Source of the DNA: Botryllus schlosseri
Taxonomy: Eukaryota
Length of the DNA: 64,000 nt
Assembly (NCBI GenBank): GCA_051294905.1
Contig: CM119372.1
Coordinates: forward strand, 5,830,001-5,894,000
Reading direction: 5' to 3'
Shown here: positions 53,901 to 64,000 of the stretch, piece after piece
Layout of the letters: the number at the start of each line of letters is the position of its first letter
How positions within the stretch are numbered: position 1 is the stretch's first letter
Position numbers and translations under genes: made by a program
Notes under the pieces: model-generated
Told to the model about the DNA's origin: nothing
Databases searched by the model: none
The model's input: the letters and a program-made list of their open reading frames with translations, nothing else

Positions 53901-54212
53901 GAATTCCGGTTATTATTTCCGAAAATCAAAAATTCCCGCTGAATGACGATTTCCTCTTAAAATGCTGGATGGACGCCAACCCGATGCCGAGCATGGTTGC
54001 TTGGAGTACTGGCGGGGAGGAATATAATGACAGTGAAAATGCATTCGCGGTTGCCTCGAATATTGAGAATCGGGAAAACGGAAGCTACTATCAGTATCAG
54101 AACGAACTGACTTTATACTCGCAACTATGTGTCGGCAATCAGACCGTTGCATGCAAGCCATCCAATACCATTGGGGAAAGTGAAACGTCCGTCAATTATA
54201 CATTGAATGAAG
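53901..54212 (+). CDS. Ig-like exon 3
   Basis: gttag|GAATT...GAAG|gtaatt; LKCWMDANPMPSMVAW...VACKPSNTIGE. Confidence 0.85.
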
Positions 54213-54280
54213 GTAATTGACACGAAACAGAAATACGGTATGGCAATTTCTATACCTTCCGTTTTTTTAAATCTGCGCAG

Positions 54281-54442
54281 GCGCATACGATCTTCATCAA
54301 GATTCAATGACGTACATAACTTATCCTAGTGAATACATCACAAAAGCAGAGACGGATGAAGCCTGCAATCTATCGTCGGGACATCTCGTTTACATTACAA
54401 GCGACAGTCTGCAGCAATTTTTAGACACGAGAATTGACTACG
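54281..54442 (+). CDS. C-type lectin-like domain exon 1
   Basis: cgcag|GCGCA...TACG|gtatgc; ...ETDEACNLSSGHLVYITSDSLQQFL. Confidence 0.82.
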
Positions 54443-54502
54443 GTATGCGCTATTGATGCCCCATAGTTCAAGGTCGTTGGTAAACATTGTAGTTACATTC
54501 AG

Positions 54503-54685
54503 AATACTACATCGGAGCAGTGAAAGGTGCAGCTGGTAACTGGACTTGGGGTGAAAATGGAGATGCCGTTTCACTGAACAATTTCAACTCCACGGCTGAA
54601 AATGGAAGCTGTGCAATATCCACCGTGTATGGGTGGAAAGTAGTCAACTGCAACGAAACATTCCGATACGTCTGTCAACTGACAG
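54503..54685 (+). CDS. C-type lectin-like domain exon 2
   Basis: ttcag|AATAC...ACAG|gtgcct; YYIGA...WTWGENG...CAI...WKVVNCNETFRYVCQ. Confidence 0.85.
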
Positions 54686-55070
54686 GTGCCTTAGCTGTTG
54701 CCGTAGTAGGCTAATATTTGCAGACAGATAACCGGATCATTGATTACCGAAATAGACAAATTGCAAAATAGAACTTGGTTCGCCGATATTGTCGTATAAC
54801 TTAAACGGCGATCATGATCCCGTAGACTGCACCAGCATTTCAGAATCAGGAACAAAGCCAACAAGAAATTGATAATTAGATAAACAAATGACTACAAGCA
54901 AAGCTACACTGTAACTATCGGTGCATTCACCAGATTTCCACCATAACATAGGGAGCAAAGCAGGTCAACGGAATTTATTGACACAAAATAACGCTTCTAC
55001 ACCTATTCCTAGGGTTGCATTTAAAACAAATAATTGTTTAAAACACTTTGTTTGAAACCAAGTTTCAGAC

Positions 55071-56855
55071 CAGAGGTCTCGAACACTCGACCCGCGAGAA
55101 CATTTTGTGCGACCCGCGACGGGATTTTGGAATTTCAAGCATCCGACAATATATTCAAGTGCCACATATCTTTTTAAGATATAAGAACTTAAAGTACACC
55201 CTAAAACTACTATCAAAATCAGTGAACTCTCAACATACTACATTATCACCAGGGCTGGGCACAATGATTCGAGTACTCGAATCTGAATCGAGTATTAATT
55301 TTAATGATTCGAGTCGAGTAGTAAAAGATGATTTTTTCGAGTATTCAAATTATACGCTCCTCGATCCTCAAAGTTAATTTACTAACGATAATTATAGTTT
55401 TGGTACTATTTTCCACTCAGGAAGGCTTGAAACCTTGATTGGCTGTGTCGCAACATACGAGACATAGTACAAAGCTACGAACGTTACTGGAAATAACACA
55501 TTTCCGAAGTCACCATCATCCTACAACATTGCCAAGAAATGGAATGAAGTCTGTATGGTCGAAAAAAATACAAAATTATCTTTAATGTGACCGAAAACAG
55601 GCATTATGTTCCTTGTGGTGGCATAAAAGGTACATATTTGAACGTTGACACAGTGCATTCTGTTGTGACGTCATAATGAGTGATACTCGAATACTCGACT
55701 CGACTCGAAGCGAAATACGTGATTCAGAATCGAATCACTCAGGTACTCGATTTTGCCCAGCCCTAATTATCACATCACTTTAAAAGCTATCATGCGGTAG
55801 AAGATCAGCTATTACGTCACATTTCTAGTTTATGATGATAAAACATGACCCGTCGATGACTCGTGACTGAAAATTGTGATTAGGTTCGGTGCGATCTTTC
55901 GTAAAATGACTTGATTTCAGATTGACTGGGTGATTAAATAAAAATGACTCGAGTTGAGTCGGGCCAAACGTTAAAATTAGAGAAGGACTTGCGACTCGGA
56001 ACGGTGACTTGGTAATCCTACGGACGCAACAATGTATGAAACTATTATGGGTAATAGTAATATATCAAAAGGTCGTAGCTTGCGTTGCGTGTGATATATA
56101 GCCATCTAATCAGGTCAGTATGGCAACCATAGGCCTTATATGACCCTCGTGACGTATATAGTTGGTTACATGCTGGGTGTTGTTTGTTCTCTTTATCCAT
56201 GTTATTATCGGTGGCGAGTGAGGTAGTCGCTCCACAGCTGTAACACCAATGAATTCATCGGCGATCGGACATTTATATTCCAAGGATTCTTAACTAGGGT
56301 CCGTCGACCCATTGGGGGAACGGAGCACCACATCAGGGGGTACGAGATGCATTTTGCAATTAGGCCTATATGCTATGGAATAGTTATATGCTGTGGAATA
56401 CTTATCACGACTATATCACAACCAGGATTAGGCTACACCGCTCAAATGCTCTGATGTCAGATCAATCTTCAGTAGATTTTAAAAAGTTCTACATAAAATT
56501 GTGGCACGTCCAAGGTCCACTAACTGCAATATTATAATCTGACAGTTTGACAATGTCATGATGCATCCTCTCGCATGATGTCTATAATTCATTATTTTAA
56601 CAAATTATGCCGGGCACAAAAACAGTTTTATTCATATATATTTGAAAATGTGATTATTTTCCGTGTCAAGCGTGAATAGTACAATAGTAAATTACATTTT
56701 CACGATGTTTGTGTAATGCCTGTCTACAAGCTTCCGTCAAATAAGGCCTACTTGGAAACTATAGATTGAATATTCCTATTATTGATGCTGCGGCCCGCTG
56801 CGTCATCAACAACTGGGAAATTGGCCCGCGAGCACATTTGAGTTTGAGACCTCTG
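55071..56855. mobile_element. Non-autonomous hAT element, middle layer of a nest
   Basis: CAGAGGTCTCGAAC / GTTTGAGACCTCTG; TSD 6/8 match. Confidence 0.75.
55250..55765. mobile_element. Second copy of the TAGGGCTGGGCA MITE
   Basis: Perfect TSD ATTATCAC. Confidence 0.93.
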
Positions 56856-57289
56856 TTTTAAACAAAGGCCGTTTAAAAAAGAATTGAGTTTTTTAAGTTG
56901 TAAAATTATGCCATATTTGTGTAAATGCTTTCCAAAAACATGTTGTATGAGCCTACGGACAATTACCACCCAATTTAGCTGATGTTATCGATATTAGATA
57001 TGGGATGGTTGGAACCCTCAAAATAGTCGGTTCAACAGTTATAGTACAGTATTTTACTGAAGTAGTTACATTTGCCCTATATTTTCAATTGTCAATGTCA
57101 ATCCACTATGACGTCACAATTGAATATACGTGACGTCATGGCTTGAAAACATAAAAACATGTTTTAAACAAGGGCCTTGTTTTAAACATGTTTGTTTCAT
57201 ATGCAACCGTATACATAATAATTGGTCTATTTGGCTCGTTTTTGCCCATTAGAATAGGTGTGAGAGCACAATTTTGTACTATACAGTTC

Positions 57290-57830
57290 CGATTACCTGA
57301 TTCGCACTCTACCTCAAATTACTGCCCTAATCATTGAGTGTCAACCTTGAGACTTGGCACAGCGTTCGATACTAAAATCAAGACATACCGTGCAAAAGCT
57401 TATGACGGATCTAGGTAAGGAGCATCGTTAAAATCAATAGAGACCAATACCGGCTTTGCGTATAATCTGTTAGCGATAAATGACGAGTCAGCTCTCACTC
57501 GAATTAGGAAACGAAATTACCACTAACACTGTTCAGTGACAAACTTAAAACTTGGTACAGCGTTCGATACTAACATTAAGACTTACCGTGCCAAATGTCA
57601 TAACCGATCTCAATATTGAACATCGTCAAACCAATGGATACCAATACCGGCTTTTGAGTAAAATCTGTTTGCGATACATGACGGATCAGCACACACTCAA
57701 CTTCGGAAACGGAATTACTACCCTTTAACTTTAAGTAGAAACCCTGAAACTTGGGGCAGTGTTAAATACCACCATCACGACATGACATAACAAGTTTCAA
57801 GAGCTTTCATGGTGTGAAACCCCATTAAAA
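57290..57830. repeat. Diverged tandem repeat, period about 198 bp, about 2.5 units
   Basis: ATTAC...ACTTGG..CAG.GTT..ATAC block recurs at about 57319, 57516 and 57714. Confidence 0.75.
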
Positions 57831-58964
57831 TCGACCTATACCAGCAAAGGTCGACTCAACGCATATGACGGTAACAGAGTTCAGCTATAGATACGATTGT
57901 TACATCACACCTTAAGGGCACAGAGCTATCGTGCCCCGGTTGCTCGGTAATTTTATGAATAGGAGAGAGTAAATCACCGTTTCTTTATTGGGCGCGGCTT
58001 TGAGAGAATAGACAGTGAAAGCTTGTTATGAGCGCTACCGGGGCAAGCCCCGGCTAGGCATTCGCAAAGCGAAAACACAGAAGAGAATTCGATTTTCGCA
58101 GAGACTTCGCTATATATGGGCATTTACAAGCGAAAGGACAAGAAGTATACGATTTTCGCTGTGATTTCGGTTTATATAGATAGGTGTGCGTCTATAAATG
58201 GTAAAGAATTGTTATTGAACAGAATTTCAGGTGGGGCAATGCCCCAGTTGCCCTATACGACGAGCCGCCACTGACTCTACGCTACGGTGAAGTCAGTCAG
58301 TCAGAAGTCAGTTTACCTTCCAGTGTATAACAAAGTAACAATAAATATTTATATGCGTTAAAAACAATACACAATATCATCTAATGCGCAGTCGATATAC
58401 ACATTTCCATTAAAATACAGAATATATGGAATGAATTCATCTCTTCACTAACACGGAGTGTCATTTCAAATCTTGCCGCTTGTACTAGAATTGATCTGCG
58501 CGATGAGCTCTTACAAACGCTCCTGAATATAACTTTCTGCGAAACCGCAAAGGTGGCGTGGTGTTGCGTTCGTTCGATCAAGCACGTTACACTATAATCA
58601 CTACCAAAATTAATTCCGCTGACTGAATGGTTCGGAATGGGTCTATACTTATTACGCAGTTGAACATGAAGAGATCCATTCTTAAGTATGAATGACATGT
58701 CGCTTTCATTTTGACTGATGCATGATAGATGGTGTATGCAACTGTTGCCGACGCACACACAGCGTCATTACGTTGAACGACTCATCGCCGTCAACCATTT
58801 TGCACACTTCATTGTGCCGCTTACACCCTTTCGTAATTAACACCAGTCAAAATTTTCATCCCTCATACAGATTTTGTGGAGACAGGTTAAATGCCTAGTG
58901 TGCTTCTGCTTTTACATCAGGACCACGCTCTGAACGTCCAACTCAACTTTTCGTTAAATTCTAG

Positions 58965-59197
58965 CGTCTGGTTATCCAGAGGATGTACAAACCACCACAC
59001 GACATTGCGAGCCCAATCTTATTACCGTATCGTGGGAGGCTGCCGATGAGCGATTTAAAACGACGCAATATCTAGTCAATTTTACCAGCATCAATTCAAC
59101 AGTAGAAGACAACCACGTCGATGCCATTGGTATGGAATCGAGTCCACAAGTATATAATTTCTCTGATGCGAAACCAAACACAGAATATCGAATTGAG
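58965..59197 (+). CDS. FN3 exon (phase 1-0)
   Basis: tctag|CGTCTGG...GAG|gtaaca; ITVSWEAAD...YLVNF...DAKPNTEYRIE. Confidence 0.85.
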
Positions 59198-59256
59198 GTA
59201 ACAGAAAACTCCTAAGTTGATGTGTACGAAGTATCACTTTACCTTTCTAAAATCAG

Positions 59257-59439
59257 TTGTATGCGGCTGTCGACGTCTGCCTTCCTGAATACAGACCGAT
59301 GGAGGCGAGGTTAGCTACGACAGGATTCGATATTCCAGAGAAAGTGCGCGATGCATCGATGTCCAACGTGGAAAGTAACGAATGCTCCTTGTCGTGGAGC
59401 TATAACGAAGAATTCCAGTGGCAGATTGAATCCTATCAA
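59257..59439 (+). CDS. FN3 exon (phase 0-0)
   Basis: atcag|TTGTAT...CAA|gtaaga; LYAAV...PEKVRD...CSLSWS...IESYQ. Confidence 0.85.
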
Positions 59440-59845
59440 GTAAGATTTCTTATATTTCCATACAATACGTAAATGTATCTTCATAGCCAGGTCACGGGTT
59501 TTGAGACTTCAATGCCGGAGTTAACATACATTAACGACACGGATCAATCCCTTTTTCATACTGTGGTAGGCCTATGTAGAATAACCTGGTTATCTATAGG
59601 CAACACCAATGATTACTCTGTATTCTTCCTTATTATTTTTATTTTTATTGTAATCCACTGGCATGCCAAATACCCAAGAAAAAATATTGTGATGATATAG
59701 AATGAATATATAAAGTCCATTACATACCCATTGTTTCGACTTTTGTGGCGTCACAATGTTGATACCGAAGAATCGAGGCTGTCCCAGCTCTTTGTGCCCC
59801 TTTGCTATGCCTGCCCAGTGTCCATGCGATTTTCGATGTCTACAG

Positions 59846-60044
59846 GTAGAAGTAACGGAGACAGAGGTGAGCACTGGCGAATCAACAACTAGAAGAGACC
59901 TATGCAACCCTGGAGCCGAGACATCGTGTGTATTCCCAATGCAACCGAATTCCAGATACAGCGCCAACATCACCGCGAAATCGTCTTGTGATGTTTTAGG
60001 AGAAGCCGTAGTAGCATCCGACGGCTGTGAATCAGACGTCGCAG
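59846..60044 (+). CDS. FN3 exon (phase 0-1)
   Basis: tacag|GTAGAA...GCAG|gtacag; VEVTE...MQPNSRYSANITAKSSC. Confidence 0.85.
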
Positions 60045-60107
60045 GTACAGTACCCACTTGACTAATGCATACATTTTTTATAACTTGTTATCCCCTGCCA
60101 CGCAAAG

Positions 60108-60213
60108 CCCCCGAAGAATTGGTTGTCGCGGAGCCCGTAAGCAGTAATGTCGAAGCTAGGAACGGCTTTACGATTACTGTACCACCGCAAGATCAACGAA
60201 ACGGAATCATAAG
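60108..60213 (+). CDS. Membrane-proximal FN3-like module exon (phase 1-2)
   Basis: caaag|CCCCC...ATAAG|gtataa; PEELVV...FTITVPPQDQRNGII. Confidence 0.75.
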
Positions 60214-60862
60214 GTATAATAATACAATTGAAAAGTATATTCATATTGAAATGAGCTCGAATATTTTCGGCTGACACTCGTCAGGGGTAATCGTCACAAC
60301 TAGTAGAGAATTGGAAAGAACATTGTATATCAACAATCGTATCACAAAATATGACGTCACCAGCATGAAATTTCGTGAATGAGAGAGTGTTCAATGAACT
60401 ATTTTTAGTGGTACACGTACTCCTTTTGTTGACAGAGTTTTGGTTGGTGTATTTTGATAAAAGTCGACTCCAAGGCACACAAATGGAACTGCGAACGGCC
60501 TCGCCCAACGATTCGAAATCGGTCGTCTCGATAATTATTCGCACAAATCGGATTATCTAACAAAGTTTGCCGATGGCAGAATTAATGGCCTTTGATCGAT
60601 CAGCATCGTTTTTATAGACAACCCAACACTTTCATGGGGTGAACAGCAAATTTTCATATTTTTTGTTGTTTATCTTTATATAATGATTAGAAACTTTCTT
60701 CTCCTGTAGCAATGCGGCTACTGGTTGGAATTGAACCAAAATTGGTGTGTAGGCTTAAATTAGGTAAACTAACATTGTTATCAAGTAGCCAGTACGATTT
60801 GAGAAAAAAGACATTTTTGAAGACCCCTAATGCTCACGTCACATCCATGAAAATCGTTGCAG

Positions 60863-61032
60863 CTGCATCTTTGTGTACGTGACTGTTGACAATTCAGAAG
60901 ACGCAAGCAATAGTCGGACGCCAAATAGTAACTCGCTCGATTCTGTTGCTGGCGAATCTCGTGTATACGCTTCCAATAAGTTAGTGTTGCACAATAAGTA
61001 TATGGAGCCGACATTCGGTCCTATCATCATCC
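60863..61032 (+). CDS. Membrane-proximal module exon (phase 2-1; 3' boundary uncertain)
   Basis: tgcag|CTGCATC continues NGII-S-CIFVYVTV...; candidate donor C|gtatgc at 61033. Confidence 0.6.
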
Positions 61033-61342
61033 GTATGCTTGCAGGGCAGCAGACGGATTCCAGTATACTGTCGGGGCCGACCAGTCATCATCATCTTGCG
61101 TCACGAACCCGACATCGAGAAGAGAAAGGGCGAATGCCGAATCGAGCCAGAGCCCAGTATCTGCACAAAACATTGAACTAAAACCTAACCAATTCTACCG
61201 TTACTACCTGAAATCCAGCACGCCGCATGGCACCGACTTTTATATCATCCGATCAAGTGAAATCTCGGCTATAATTGCTACGAGTAAGAAATAGAAATCG
61301 CACTCATTTAAATGTACCCTACACTGTGTTATATGTATACAG

Positions 61343-61424
61343 ACTACTACGCGTGGATTGCTGGAATCGTGGTACCGCTATTCCTTGTCACAATTGCGAT
61401 TGCTGTCTACTTTTGGCGCAAGAA
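61343..61424 (+). CDS. Transmembrane exon
   Basis: tacag|ACTAC...AAGAA|gtaagg; YYAWIAGIVVPLFLVTIAIAVYFWRK, a hydrophobic helix followed by a basic stop-transfer. Confidence 0.88.
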
Positions 61425-63525
61425 GTAAGGAAATTTAAATTTTAATTAGTATGTTGGTGCGGCTTTGCAACCATCTCCAATCTCCACTCATATAATATCC
61501 AAGAGAATCCCGGTAGCCATCAAACATAATATTGATTATTGAATTCAACATTGGCGGCTCGGGACAAGATTGGGTGGATCAAGGGCCTGCAATTTCGCGA
61601 TTCCTGTAATTATGACGTCACAATTATGTACTATAGCGTGAAACTGTGACGTCATCGTATTCAAGCGAGTCCTCCGCTTCTATTCTAGCTGGGGCTGCTT
61701 TTCAACCGGTTCGCCGTGAGAGATGCCATGATAGTACACGTTTCTACTGTGGCAGTGTCGAGATACTCGGAGTAAAATGCTATCTATCGAAGCCGCACAA
61801 TCAATTTAATCCAAAAGTTTCTATATCAGTGGTTCCCAACCGGTGGGGAATTCGCCACAGGTGAATCACGGCCACGGCCATCTAAAATCCGTGCTCGGCC
61901 GCCAATAATATGCGGGAAAATCTTTGCTTCTCTCCACTTCATCGCATATACTTTGACTTCAATGCTGTTCGAAAATTGATAGCTTTTAAGCCATCGCTGG
62001 CATTTCGCGGTGGCCTGATAATATGTTTAGACCAAGAAACTGAAGTATAAACCATATACGGGCACTTCAGTAACTGAAGGTGATGCTATGGTGACGGATT
62101 TTGTCAAGTGGGACAAAACAATGCCTGAGCTTTTTCAGCAATGGTCTTTTATAGGGTTGTGTTGTTATGATATACTCTGAAATTAAAAGGTAGATTATAT
62201 TATAATATTATATCCGGTATACAATATTCCTGTACTAAACTTGGGAACGGTGCGCCCCGCTGAGCTATTCTGAGCGGCCCGCGAAAAGTTGCTTGGAATT
62301 GAAAACATAAAATCATAAGCCGTATTAACTAAACTGAAACTTCGTTTACTTCCGATCCTGTTCATGAACATGCCGCGATTACGCAGCCTACGTACCTCGC
62401 ATGCATAATCCACAAATTCAGAATAAAGTCAAAGTTGCAGATTTTTAGGTCGTAAAAATCGACGTCACAAGAAGTCAACAAACTTTCTTTGTTGCCATTG
62501 TCACAATACAGGGGATACGCTTTGGAGTACAGAACCTCATATTGACATAATACATGTGAATATTATATTCATATTTATTCCCGGAAGTTTTTGGCTGACA
62601 CTCATCAAGGTATAGCCTACCGTCAGCACGGTATGTTCACACGGTCTATTCTGCAAATTGTTACGTGAAACGTTTCCGATTTCCTGATTTTTAAAACAAG
62701 TCAATCAGTGCCCGTGATTACTATACGCATGCGCAATCATCACCATTATATTGGATGAACGGGTATGTCAAAAAAAAGCCGAAAGCTGAAACTGAAAGGT
62801 TTTGAGCACTAAATATTTCTTTACTGTATTAGTCAGGAGTAAACTCGTCCTTCTAGTACTTAATGCCGAGCAGGTCGCCGTGTTTGACGAGTATAATTCA
62901 ATTCGGCCTTATGACAAAAACATGAAGACATACACTCTGTCAAGAGAGGGCGAATTTCAGAAGAGCTGAAAGCTTCGCTCAATAACAAAGGCTATATCGC
63001 CAACGTGCACACACCTCGGAAAGCAGCTTTATAGTATCCCATATATATTTTAACGTTTTGGTAGAAAAACGCGGAACGGTGATTAAAGAGAATTACAAAT
63101 GTATCATGTTTAACATTATTGACGACAAATAAATATCATATGACGACAAAATAAATATTATTTTTGGTAATTAACCATCACTTTCTCATTGCCTAATATC
63201 AACATAACCACCAAGCAACATAAATTAACAGTGCAATTCACTGCTTTCAATTTAGAAATATAATTTTTACACTGCAAAATCTGGAATATCTAGAACTAGA
63301 TATCCCTGTGGGGAATACAGATAAAATTTTTGACTCGGCCCATCAACGAATTTTATTCTTCTCATTTGGCCTGCGGAGAAAAATAATTGCCAAACACTGA
63401 CTTATACCTATACAGTGCACATTATTATTATCAACGTTCAAAATGTCTACTTCTAACGTGGTCGGCGGCGAAGATTGCTGTTGTAGTACTATTCATTTAA
63501 TAGACTTATTATTATTACCATTACT

Positions 63526-63953
63526 GAGAGTTGCATTTAAAACAAAAATCAATTTAAAACAAACATGTTTAAAACAAAGCTCTTGTTTAAAACATTTTTT
63601 TCTTCATTTTTCAAGCCATGACGTCACGATTATTCAGTTGTGACGTCATAGTGGATTGTCATTAACAATTGAAAATTTAGGATTAATGTAGCTTCTTTGA
63701 CGAAATCTACGTATTATAGTTGTTGAATCGACTATTTTGAGGGTTCCAGCCATCCCCTCCCACGTCGTCTATATCGGGTGGTAATTGTCCGTAGGCTTAT
63801 ACAACATGTTTTTACAAGTATTTACACAATTATGGCATGATTTTACAACTTGAAAAAATATAAATCTTTTAGAAGGCCTTTGTTTAGAACACTGTTTAAA
63901 ACATGTTTTGAGCAAAATGTTTTGAGCAACCATTTGCTTTAAATGCAACCCTA
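63526..63953. mobile_element. TAGGGTTGCATTT-family MITE (other copies near 13640-13910 and split at 55010-57211)
   Basis: GAGAGTTGCATTTAAA / TTTAAATGCAACCCTA; TSD CCATTACT/CCAGTACT. Confidence 0.78.
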
Positions 63954-64000
63954 CCAGTACTCATAATTCCATAGTGATGAATTTTTAACATAAAAGAGTG

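Larger units (their letters stand above)
3849..61424 (+). other. Multi-exon gene span (5'-partial, probably 3'-partial): type I receptor Sushi(n)-Ig x3-CTLD-FN3-TM
   Basis: Chain of AG/GT-bounded exons on the + strand with mutually compatible phases, read by hand. No start or signal exon seen in the window. Confidence 0.85.

Noticed and set aside
3849..61424. Assigning a gene symbol (selectin, SVEP1, fester, PTPR)
   Set aside because: The domain order matches none of these, and the catalytic tail is not in the window.

Overview
AT-rich animal genomic DNA with spliceosomal GT-AG introns, many only about 60-105 bp long. The style is invertebrate-chordate/ascidian-like, which is an inference. 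The window is spanned by one long + strand gene for a type I membrane receptor whose 5' end lies upstream. It has about 15 tandem symmetric (phase 1-1) exons that each encode one 6-Cys Sushi/CCP module, most with an acidic loop insertion; 11 are intact and 4 are damaged. These are followed by three Ig-like exons, a two-exon C-type-lectin-like domain, FN3-like exons, a membrane-proximal module and a transmembrane exon. The introns are packed with nested transposons: two near-complete hAT-superfamily elements with disabled transposases, many 8-bp-TSD non-autonomous elements, duplicated solo LTRs, a split LINE reverse transcriptase, Chapaev3-like remnants and tRNA-derived SINEs. The most interesting points are the birth-and-death array of skippable Sushi cassettes and a MITE in the first Ig exon that carries in-frame GT/AG sites and could be spliced out as a new intron.
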